A stretch of 52,487 nt of DNA from Kipferlia bialata (lineage: Eukaryota), in the NCBI GenBank assembly GCA_003568945.1, contig BDIP01000006.1, positions 1-52,487 on the forward strand. The letters are read 5' to 3'. A model generated the notes under the pieces. That model was given only the letters and a program-made list of their open reading frames with translations, was not told the origin of the DNA and did not search any database. This document shows positions 25,491 through 38,600 of the stretch, in pieces. The number at the start of each line of letters is the position of its first letter. Positions within the stretch are counted from its first letter, which is position 1. The translations under genes were made by a program, and so were the position numbers.

Positions 25491-25646
25491 GTGGACGGCG
25501 CTAAAGAGTATTTGCTCGTCTTTCGCGGCACCAACACGAAGTTTTTGCTATAAGGGTGTAGAAGCACAATTCAACTCTCAGCCATTGAAGTCCCACTAGG
25601 CCTAGTATTCTTCTATTCTATTCTACTCCTCTATCCTGGTGCTTTG

Positions 25647-26795
25647 TCACCGAAAGTTCGCGAAACCCACTGTGAGTACTACCAGACCAAACAGCACCTT
25701 GGAGTCAGTAAATAGTTCAGACACACCCATATATACTATAACAAGTAATATAGATTTTTACAAATTGAGATTCAAACAGCACTACTAGGAGTCAGTAAAT
25801 CGTTCAGCACAACACATAGAGCACACTACCTATAATAAAAGACTACATATCACATTGGAGTCAAAGGAGAGGGTATACATAGACATACCGAAATAGAAAT
25901 AACAACCTACCTTACATATCGACACGTATAGGTGCACTGCAAATGACACCCTGAGAGAGGAGGTGGCCTCCGAGAGGTATCGCACATAGTGACCTCCATC
26001 GCCCTGTCTGGGGGTTAGGTGCAATGCTAAGCATACGATATGCAACCCAGATCAGGAATGCTACTTACTTCAAAATCATCAAAACAGTATCCCTCAAGGT
26101 ATCTGTGGTGTTATGGTGAGAGTAGCAGACTAGTACAACAGTACTTACACACACATATATATATGTAAGTATATATTACAATACTAAATATATATATAAA
26201 GCAGCATATATATACCTTAGGAATGGCAGCAGTGACAGTACTGCCATGCCGAGTGACACAGACAGTGCTAGCTCCAGTGTCTGAACCGCCTTAAAGGGCA
26301 CTAGCCCCATATCCCACTTGGACACAAAGACGTCAGTGACAGCCACGCTATCGAGTAGGGACTGCAACCGCGTAGAAACTATCAGTCTCTCTCCATTAAC
26401 AGTGACAGGTGCATACACACTCAGATCGGTGTGTGAGGAAGGGAGGGTCTGGGGGGGCAGGACGCACGTGTACTGGCTGTGGTGACAGCCTGAGGTACAC
26501 AAGATCTTGTCACTGACCGTGTAGGGCTCGACCTCACAATCCTCACAGTTGGATGCGTTATCGAGTAGGTTCTGGTTGGAGTATGGGGCTAGCACCTCTA
26601 GCGTGTCTGGTCTGACATCCCCCAGGGCATACCAGGTCTCTTAATGTCAGTAGAGAGACAATAGCTATATGTATACATACAAATGTATCTATATACATAT
26701 ATATATATATATAGAGAGAGAGATGTGTGTCTGGTCTGACATCACCCAGGGCATACCACGTCTCTGAAGATGAGAATATACATATATATATATAT

Positions 26796-26830
<35 letters not shown>

Positions 26831-29800
26831 CAAGGGCATATCAGGTCTCTGAAGGTAAGAAGAGAGACCCTAGCTGTCTATATACACCTATATATATTCA
26901 TACAGAGAGAGAGAGAGAGAGCATATCAGGTCTCAGGTGGGCGAGGTTTATATATCTATATATATATATATACACCTATTAATATATAGACATATATACC
27001 TGGTGATGGGTACACTATACTCTGCTGCACTATGGAGGGGGTGTGCAAGGTGTATATATTTATATATATTCACCCACCCACATATATCTATCTATCTATC
27101 TATCTATATATACTCTCTTATATACCTGGTGATGGGTACACTATACTCTGCTGCTGTATGGAGTATGGGTGGGCTAGGTGCAGGGGCCCAAGGTCAGACT
27201 GCTTCACACACACACCGCCTGGGGTATTAGCATTTAGCATACCTATAATTATATTTTTCAATAATAGTGTATTATTAAACTGAAGTATAGTCTATATACA
27301 CATTCTATGCAGGGGCCCAAGGTCAGACTGCTTCACACACACACCGCCTGACATTAGCATGTACGATACTATAGAATATATATATATCAATGATACTATA
27401 TATATAATTAGTAGTATATAATCTGTCAATATACACTGTGCAGAGGCCCAAGGTCAGACTGCTTCACACACACACCGCCTGACATCAGGATGTACGATAC
27501 TATAGAATATATATCAATGATATTGTATATATAATTAGTAGTGACCCATGTCAGACTGCTTCACACACACACCGCCTGGGGCATTAGACCACTAGGAGAC
27601 TTGCAATATACCAACATCCACTTATCATACTTCAGAATCACATTTACCTATATAATTATCATACACTACTTCACCGTACCTATCCTAGCTGTGCTGTATG
27701 CTGTCATGATATATAGACACACATATATACATAATAATGATATACTGACATACAATCACAATACTGTTCACTGTACAGTGAACCATGTTATTCCTATCCT
27801 GGCTGTGCTGTATGCTGTATGAGCATATACCATACTATAGTGTACATACAATACTGACACACTGATAATATCCATACATAGAACATACAATACTGTGTAC
27901 TATATCATACCTATCCTAGCTGTGCTGTATGCTGTCTGGGCATCGGCATGGGGAGGGGTGTAGTAGTCATAGACCTGGGTATCAATGCATATGAATAGTA
28001 TATATATATATACATATATATATAGTATGGTAATAATGAAGTATGCATATAATAGTATCGGCATGGGGAGGGGTGTAGTAGTCATACACCTGGGATTAGC
28101 ATATGGATATGAATACACATATATATGTGTGTATATTGGCAGTATCAGAATGGTGTGGTCCATAGATTATATGCTATACCTCAGCCGGTGGGCACAGGGG
28201 TATGGTCCCTGTCTGGATATAATGTATAGTATATGCATACATACACATATATATATACATATATATACATACACTACCTCAGCCGGTGGGCACAGGGGGA
28301 TGGTCCCTGTCTGGATAGCAGCTAACTCCTTGACGCACTGGAAGTAGCCTGTATAGTGAGGATACAGATATAGTGAAGAATAGTGCATACATATGTATAT
28401 ATATATATATTGGTACACATTAACAAACAGTGATAATAGAGTATGTGATGCACTGGTAGTGGCCTGATGGGTGACTATATATATACTATATATACTATAT
28501 ATAGTGAAGAAGAGTGCATACATATCCTGCTAGATATATATAGTATATCCTGCCAACACAGTGTACCTGCAACGTTCTGCACATCACACCCTCCAACACT
28601 AGTGATGACATCCCCACTCTGTATGGACAGGGGCAGACTGGATGCCAGTCTTGGGTCATAGGGGGAGGGGTCGATGTTGGTGACCATGGCACCTCCCTGA
28701 TGTGAGTAATATCCACTGTATTCAAATATCGTGTATGTATATAGTAGTGAGTGTGTGAGAGTATACTACTTTATCAATAGAGAGATAGAGGGACAAAGAG
28801 AGAGAGAGAGAGAATCAATGTTGGTGCCCATGGCACCGCCCTGATATCAGTACGATGCATACACAAGTACTTAGAGAGAGAGGGAGAGATAACAGATAGA
28901 TTCAATGATATATATATATATACTGTGTACCTTAGGGTCCCCCAGTCCCAGTGCCACTATCCACAGGCACAGGTAGACACAGAGACAGAGCAGCGTGTTG
29001 AAGGTACTGCCTAGGACATCAGTATCATACATAGTGAGATATACAAAGAATGAAAGAGAGAGAGATAGAGATAAAGAGAAGTGGCGCACAGACAGAGGAG
29101 GGTGTTGAAGGTACTGCCTGTGATGAGAGGGAGAGAGAGAGGGAGAGAGAGAGAGAGAGACGGGTACTGCAAAAGACAAATACCTGACAGTATGAGAGAC
29201 CGTCTCTGGGCCAGTGACACTGATGAGATGGGGGTGTGATATACATATATATACTAGTATCTATATAAGTGTATAAAAATCAATACTAGTATCTACATAA
29301 GTGTATATCACTGTATATACCTGACAGTATCAATGACCGTCTCTGTGCCAGTGGCACTGATGATATGGGTGTGTGGGTGGCCACATAGAGAGTGACCAGA
29401 CCGTATCTAGGGGGTCAGAAAGAAAGTATAGATATATCTAATACACAACACATGCACAGACCCAACCAATACAAGTAAATACGATATTAAATATTGTATA
29501 TACCAGAAATTGAGGCATATGGCTCTTACTGACACCTCCTGCACCCTGCATGCTACATGGTATTTATATGTATGGTATATATTCATATATATACTCTATA
29601 CATACATACACTACCTAAAGTTCAATCCAATAGCCCTCACTGGTACCCCCTGCACCCTGCATGCCATGTAGTGCCCCATCTCATGCACATATATACTATA
29701 TATACATATACTATATGCTATATACCTGAAATTGAGGCCAATGGCTCTCACTGGTACTCCCACCCTGCATGCCATGAAGTGCCCCATCTCATGCACAGAC

Positions 29801-29985
29801 ATATATATACACATACATATATACTATATGCTATATACCTGAAATTGAGGCCAATGGCTCTAACAGGAACGCCTTGTACCCTGCATGCCATGAAGTGCCC
29901 CATCTCATGCACTGACCCCACTAGTACAATGATGACATAGATCATCAGTACGCTGTTGCCCGTAGGCAACGCAAGACCTGGAATT

Positions 29986-30026
<41 letters not shown>

Positions 30027-30232
30027 AATGACCCAACCAGCACAATGATGACATAGATCATGAGGACACTGTTGCCCGTAGGCAATGCAAGACCTGGAGT
30101 TATAGAGAGAGAGAGAAATGACAGTGGGTAGTGCAAGTCCTAACGTAAGCTAGGGGGGGGGGAGAGAGAGAAAGAGAGGGAGAGAGCATTGATGACATAG
30201 ATCATAGGGACACTTTTACGGGTGGCATAATA

Positions 30233-30286
<54 letters not shown>

Positions 30287-31388
30287 CCCTCTCACCCCAG
30301 GTGCCATATATATATATATAGCGTACCTACAGCCCCCCTCTCCCCTGGTGACACTATGGCAGCTGCATTGTTGTATGCAGTCACAGCTGGGGGTAAGACA
30401 TACATATATGTATCTATTGCATATGTATAATACAAATATATATATAATACCTATATGTATGTATACTGGTTGAATGCAGTCACAGCTGGGGGTGAGTACA
30501 TTTTTGTATAAATATGAATTTTCCATATTGATACTATTCACACCTAGTATGGACATTATGTCTACTACATTATATATACACATAATAAACATACCTAGTA
30601 TGGGTAGAGTGCACAGCAGGGTCAGTGTGCATATATACATAGTATGAGAATACTATTAATATATGTATACAGACATACACACTCTATATACATTATATAT
30701 ACATTATATATACACATAATATACCCACCTAGTATGGGCAGTGTGCAGAGCAGGGTCAATTCGCCAAGGACACACACACAGCTCAGGAGACGCCTGGAGG
30801 GTAAGCGGCGAGATGAAAATATGAATACTGTTCATGTATACCTAATGTGTGCTCCATACATTCTCTCTCTCTCATATAATATATATATACACACCTTGTG
30901 AATGTGTGCTCCTTTCTGGCCTCCTTACTCAGTGGATGCCTGTCATTGGAGTGGTCACGGGAGGACTCGTTGACGCTGCCTAGGAGGGTGAGATGTATTT
31001 ACAAATGAGTACATATATATATATATATATATATATATGTCTGTCAGTGGAGTGGTCACGAGAGGATTCATTGACACTGCCTAGCCAGGGTGGGAGAGGA
31101 ATGTAAATATATATATGTGTGTGTGTAAAGAGAGAGAGAGGGTGAGATAGGAGTCGTTGACACTGCCTAGGGTGAGGGATATATATACATATATATATGT
31201 ATATAGAAAGACAGAGAGAAAGAGAGGATATGACTCATTGACACTGCCATGGGTGAGGGTGAGGGTGAGAGCGAGATAGACAGAGACAGAGTAGGATTGG
31301 ATAGGAATACATGTATCTGTGTGTGGAGAGAGAGAGAGAGAGATAGAGGACTTACTAACACTGCGAATGATGAGAGGGTAATATATGC

Positions 31389-31434
<46 letters not shown>

Positions 31435-31757
31435 GGATAGGACTCGTTGACGCTGCCTAGGGGGTAAGATAGATGTAGGTATATATATGTATGGAGAGAG
31501 AGACAGAGAGAGAGAGAGAGAGTACCTAGGTCCTGGGTGACATGCTCCCATACAAACCCCCACCAGCTGATGGACAGATGTCTCTGGGCCAGGGCAGAGG
31601 ACAGCACATTGCCATTGCCTACCTGCTATGAGACACAATAGCACAAAGAGAGAGAGAGAGTGAGTGAGAGAGAACGTACGTCAAATGCCCTGACGGTGTG
31701 GTACAGACACAGCCACACGGCCCAGGCCCCTAGCGGCAGTAAAAGTATCCCCAGCAT
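25647..31757 (-). CDS. Site-2 protease (peptidase M50, MBTPS2-like) intramembrane metalloprotease; start codon uncertain (31757 or up to ~31851)
   Basis: IYVIIVLVGSVHEMGHFMACRVQGVPVRAIGLNF (HExxH, ~29.84-29.95 kb). PDZ-like segment SLPLSIQSGDVITSVGGCDV (~28.6 kb). Cys-rich insert at 26.4-26.6 kb. ALSVSLGMAVLSLLPFLR|QGDGGH corresponds to the NxLP...DGG motif. Last exon VLFGLVVLTVGFANFR* (TGA 25649-25647). Confidence 0.88.
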
Positions 31758-32135
31758 ATAGGGGACACCCTAGTGCGGGTAACTATACAGGAGGGTAACT
31801 ACGGCTCCTATATAGTGTCAGTGTAAGACCAGTGACTGAGGGAAGCGTCATGATGCTCTTTTTGACAAAAGGGTGTAGTATGTTTTTGATTTCGGTGAGT
31901 AAGGGTGTAGCATATGATTGGATATGAATATCAGACCCTCAGACGTCCGCAGTGCGGCTCTTTCAGTGTCTCTGTTATCCGCTCACAGGCTAGCTAGGGC
32001 GACTTCCCGGCCCGTTTTACTGGGAGGGGGGCGTCCCTGGGAGGGAGAGCAGAGGGAGACAGAGAGAGAGAGGGACAGACACACCTAGAGAGAGAGAGAC
32101 AAACCCACAAAGAGAAAGAGAGAGGGAGAGAGTGT

Positions 32136-32946
32136 ATGGATTCTCATGGTGCTGCCTGGATAGTGGACCCTGACCAGATACCAGTAGGTGCCAGTATACC
32201 CTCTATCAGGGTGGACACCCACGTGCAGGACGGGGCTGTGTCTGCTAGGACACCAAGGGGGGGTAGGGTGGTAGGTGGCAGTGCACGTGGTATTGCCTCC
32301 TCTCGCTCGACTGGTCCTGGGCAGAGACGAGGTCACACACCTGTACACAACCAGCAGAGGGCATCTAGTAGGGGTGCATCTAGGGGTGCAGCAAGAGGGA
32401 CAGTTGCTGGTAGGACCCCTCGGTCTGTGTCCCAGTTAGAGGGACCTCCTTCACACAGAGAGAGGGGGAGGGAGAGAGAGGGGAGGGCTGGTGTGCAAGG
32501 CAGGGTGTCGCCTGGCCTGGCGGTAGGGAGGGAGGCGAGCAGGGGCCCCATGGTAGTGGGGCAGAGAGAGAGAGAGAGAGACACCTCTGGTAGTTCCAAC
32601 TTCTCTCCTCGTAGCTTCACCCCTAGAGGTACACCCCTCAGAGCATGGGGTGCTATAGGGGAGGGGGTATCCCCATCAGGCATACCAACCACGCCAGGTA
32701 CTATATAGTGTATATGGAGTGTATAGAGTGTGGTTTTGTATGCCGCAAGATTGCCCTACTCACCCTCACCCTCACCCTCACCCTCAGTGCGCGCCAGACT
32801 AGACACACCCCTAGGTGGTGGCACATTCAGTACAAGGCTGGTACGTTGACAGTAGTGTATATGAATGGGTAGTTGGTATCTCGTATCTTGCCAAACTGAC
32901 TGATTGTTCTGATACATACTGTGTCTCCTGCTCTCTCTAGCTTCCT

Positions 32947-32991
<45 letters not shown>

Positions 32992-33660
32992 CATATATAC
33001 TCCATGTATACATGTTATACATTACCAATCTCTCTATCTCGATACCTGATTGATTCTACATTCTCTCCCCCGTCCGCCCTCTAATACAATTCTATTCCCC
33101 CACTACCTTCGGCTTCTCTCTCTTCTCTCTCTCTCTAACCCCCTAGGTGGCTCTTCGCCAGAAGGAGAGAGAGAGAGAGAGGGAGAGAGAGGCTGCTGCC
33201 AAGGCCAGTCTGAGGGACGAGGAGAGTAGCCCCAGTCCATCCCCAGGTATATATGTATATTAATAGACATATATATAAAAATATGTATAGGGAGAGAGAG
33301 AGAGAGAGAGTAGTCCTAGTCCATCCCCAGGTATATACATAAATATACATACGTATTATCATACGCTAGACACCTATAGGTACTGATATCAGCCTCCAAG
33401 AGTGTCTCCCTGAGGTCCATCAGACAGGTTGAGAGAGAAAGGGAGAGAGAGAGGAATAGAGAGAGGAACAGAGACCTCTCTGATAGTGCCGCCCAGTCAC
33501 CCCTTGCTGCAACATTTGACAGTGCACTCTCACTGGGAGTCAGGTATATACACATATATACACATTAATATATATATATATATATATGCAATACTGTATA
33601 TACTTAATAATATATGTATCCTCACCCCTTGCATCCACACTGGACACACACACCTGTATC

Positions 33661-33696
<36 letters not shown>

Positions 33697-35097
33697 CTTT
33701 CCCTCTCTCTCTCTCCAACCACTAGGACCTCTGCTGTGCTTGACCTTGCCCTGACATACTATCTCTCTTCTCTCTCTCCCCTCTCTGTATACATCTATCT
33801 ATCTATCTAACCCCTTAGGACCTCCGCTGTGCTTGACCTTGCTCTGACATACTCTCTCTCTCTCTCTCTCTACATACATGTAGACAGTATGGTAACCCCC
33901 TAGGACCTCTGCTGTGCTTGACCTTGCCCTGACCTACACCAGCCAGGGGTCTAGGAAGCCAGGATATGGGGTGAGTAATATACATATTTAGGGATTTACC
34001 GATATTGGTATTCTCAGTGTTAAGTGAGTGGATATATCCCTTACTCTCAGGGCATCACCTCCATGGAGGACATCCGCAGACTCTGTGTCTGTCTCTCTCT
34101 CTCTCTATATATATATTTTCCTAAAGCTATATGCATATACCTAACTCTTAGGGCATTACCTCTATGGAAGACATCCGGCGACTGGTGGATGTGGATGGGG
34201 GGAGAGAGAGGATCAACAACGGGGCACTAGGTACTATATATAGTATATTTAGTATATGGTGTGTATTGTATGTATATAATGTAGTCAAGTATATGGAGAT
34301 ATATATGGATATATCACTCCAGTCATTGCCACCTGATCTCTCTCTCTCTCTCCATATATTTGTGTATATGTATATACCTATGCATCTCACCCCAGTCATT
34401 GCCACCTGGTGGAGAAGGGTCAGGGCCAGGAGGCGCATAGCATACGTCAGGGTGGGTGTGATTGTATTTCATAGCATATCCTATCACATCTCTTTTTCCA
34501 AGCACATGCCATTCACTGTTCAGTGTCTCTGAGCATTAGTATACTAAAGGAGATGTTGATACCACATATGTAACATACCTCTCACCCCCAAGTCCTTCAA
34601 CGAGAGAGAGAGACAGCGCAGACTGAGAGAGGCATTCACACAGTGGGGGCAGTGCAGGTATGTATATATATATAGAGAGATAGGTATATATGTAGAGAGA
34701 GAGGGAGAGAGAGAGACAGCGCAGACTGAGAGAGGCATTCACACAGTGGGGGGGGAGTGCAGGTATAAGCATTCATACATCTACATATATATGTATGTAT
34801 ATATATATATACAGAGAGAGAAAGAGAGAAAGGGAGGCATTCACCCAGTGGGGGCAGTGCAGGTATGTATACACCGTATGTGTATACATATTGGCAATAT
34901 TACTCAGTGTATGAAAGTATTACCACTTATAGATACATAGCTAACTCCCAGGATAGCCGTGTCCCATCGCAAGAGAGTGGTACGCCAGAGATTCATCATT
35001 GTGTGGAGGAAGCAGGTATGGGTTCACTCTCTCTGTCTCTCTCTCCCTCTACCCCCTTAATGTCAGGTCGGTGTTGACTCTGCCTCCAGGGCCCATG

Positions 35098-35135
<38 letters not shown>

Positions 35136-35615
35136 TACACCCCTAATCTCAGGTCGGTGTTGACTCTGCCTCCAGGGCCCAGAAGGTGCTGGCCAAGAAC
35201 ATACTCAGACGGCATCTAAGGGAGTGGAGGGTGAGTTTTATCATTCACTCTCTCTGAGTATATGTATACATGTACATATATACATCAATATTGTATCTGC
35301 CAATTAACATACTCAGACGGCATCTGAGGGAGTGGAGGGTATGTATACGATTATTGGAGATAGTGCTGCAGTGTTATATATATATATATATATATATGTA
35401 TATACATATATCTATTCTCTATCCCCCCAGGCCTGGGCCCGGGAGGAGGCAGAGGTCAAGATCATTATTATATGTATACATACATGTGTATACTATGTAT
35501 AGTGTATATATACACCTTGGTATATCTATTCTCTAACCCCCCAGGCCTGGGCCCGGGAGGAAGCAGAGGTCAAGAGGAGGGAGGCCATGTTCACACAGCA
35601 GAGGAGGTATTCATA

Positions 35616-35647
<32 letters not shown>

Positions 35648-38600
35648 GTATATGTGTGTAGTATATATAGATATTGTATCATGTGTATACTTATATATAT
35701 AGCGTATACAGGTCAAGAGGAGGGAGGCCATGTTCACACAGCAGAGGAGGTATGTGTACTCTATATATAGTGTACAGTAAACATATATATATTGCATACC
35801 ATTTGTTTACTTGCATGTATATATAGTGTGATAGGTCAACAGAAGAAAGGCCGTGTTCACACAGCAGAGGAGGTATGTATAAATATGTACATAGTATGTA
35901 GTGCACACTATAGTTGTAAATGCGTGTACTCACTCTCCAGGGGCTATGTCCTCAGGTATATATATGTATGTACCGATATTTCAGTGTATAAGTATATATG
36001 GATAGAGTATATATACTCCTTTATACACTCACCCTCCAGGGGCTATGTCCTCAGGGCCTATCTCAGACACTGATGTTATGAGTATATATATGTCACATCT
36101 GTAGTATGTATGGAGTATACACTCTGGTATCTGGTATCTGTATCATCCATTCCTTACCCTAGGGGCTATGTCCTCAGGGCCTATCTCAGACACTGGAGTG
36201 CATGGGCACAGTACAATGGCACAAAGGTATCATATATGTATGTATTATATACATATAAGATGTGTATGATTACATAGGGACAAAGGTATATGAGAGAGAG
36301 TATATATATACTATATCAATATACTTGGCACTGGAGTGCATGGGCACAGTACAACGGCACAAAGGTATTGTGTATATGAGTATGTATGTATATATATAGA
36401 GAGAGATTGAGAGAGAGCATATATATTACTGGAGTGCATGGGCACAGTACAACGGCACTGCAATACCTCTATATTATTATCTAATAATATATATATATAT
36501 ACTTTTATATATGTATACATATCTAATAGATATACCTAACTCCAGGACCGAGCCATGTCCTACAACGGCAAGGCCGGCACTGCTATACCTACATATCTAT
36601 ATATATACATATATATAACATAATATAAATATACCTCCAGTATATGTATACTAATGCCTCAGGACCGAGCCATGTCCTACAACGGCAAGGCCGGCACCGA
36701 CGCCTCCTCAGCTGCACTGTACACTGAGCCGGGGGACATATCACTGTACAACCTGCCGAGGAGACTACATAGGATACCACAGGTACTTAACATATTGTAT
36801 ACAGTATATACGTAGCGAGGGGACATATCACTCTATAACCTGCCGAGGAGACTGCACAGGATACCTCAGGTATATATGAGTGGTTTGATGTTGTATGTAT
36901 ACGTGTATATATACCATCTCCCACCCCAGATGCTTGTGCCCATGGCTGCTGACTCCCCAGTCTGGAGACGCTACATGCGCCGCAAGGTATATATGTGTGT
37001 ATTCATATAATGTATGCGTCTCTTCTCCTACCTCTCTGTGTACATATATCTGACCTGTATATATGTTTGTACGTACGTATACATATACATATTTAGCCTC
37101 TAGGCCCTTGTGGCGCAATGACATCCGCATACGTGTTCACACAATGTCTCTCTCTCTCCCCCCCCCCCTCTCTCTCTCTCTGTCTTACCCCCAGGCCCTT
37201 GTGTGGCGCAATGACATCCGCATCACATGTGCAGTCAGTGACGCCATGATTGGGAGGTACCATTATGTATATAGTGTAGTCACTGTAATACTATATATAT
37301 ATATGTATATATAGTATATATGTACTAGAAGTAGTGATATGCTGCATCACATGTGCAGTCAGTGACGCCATGATCGGGAGGTATATATATATTTATATAT
37401 GTATATATATACATAGATGCATGATATTCACTATATACTTGTGCAGTCAGTGACGCCATGATTGGGAGGTGCCATTTAGATATAGTATATTGACTATAAC
37501 ACTGATATATAGGTATATATAGTATATATATGTACCAGAAGTAGTGATATGTTGCATCACATGTGCAGTCAGTGACGCCATGATCGGAAGGTGCCATTAT
37601 GGATATAGTGTAGTCACTATAGTACTATATATATATATATGTATATATAGTATAGTATATGTACTAGAAGTAGTGATATGTTGCATCACATGTGCAGTCA
37701 GGGACGCCATGACAGGGAGGTATTGGGACAATAGATTCTCCCTCTACACCCCTAACCCAATTACCTCATCTCTCTCTCCCTTCCCGCTTAATACGGCGGC
37801 TATCTACTTTCATTTATCTCTCCCCCTCTACACCCTTGATTCCCAGGCCAAAGTCTCTCTCTCTCTCTCTCTCTCTCTCCCTGCACCCTTAATCCCCAGG
37901 CCATGGCTGCAGAGGTGGAGACAGGCCACGGCACTCAGACTGGACGACAGTGAGGTAGCATACATGTATATCGATGAGTATATACAAAGTATATATGTAC
38001 ATTTATATGGAGAGAGAGAGAGACTGGCCACGGCACTCAGACTGGATGACAGTGAGGTATCATAGGGATATACTCTATATATAGTAGATATATGGGGGGA
38101 GAGAGAGAGAGAGAGGCAGGCCACGGCACTCAGACTGGATGACAGCGAGGTATGTATTGGTTTTGGTATCAACAATTGTATATAGAGATCCGATGGATCA
38201 GACCCTTGCCATCCGTGTATTCTCTCTCTCTCTCTATTGTACACTGACACCCAGGCCCTTGCCCAGGCCACAGCATACTATCATATTTATATGTATTCGT
38301 TTCACTATACTATCAACTATTGGTATATACTACTTCCCTCTATCCTAACTAGCAGGCCCTTGCCCAGGCCACAGCTTACTACCGCAGACGGGTGCTCCTG
38401 CCCGCTCTGGTGAGTGGAAATGTCTATATCTATGTATTTGCACCACATATATACATATTTATATTCATCTAGATATATAGATATATATACTGCTAAGAAT
38501 TCAGGGGTGCTCCTGCCTGCTCTGGTGAGAGGATATGTGTATCTATGTCTGTGTATATACCCAATATGATATATAAGTAGACATATTTATATGCGTCAGC

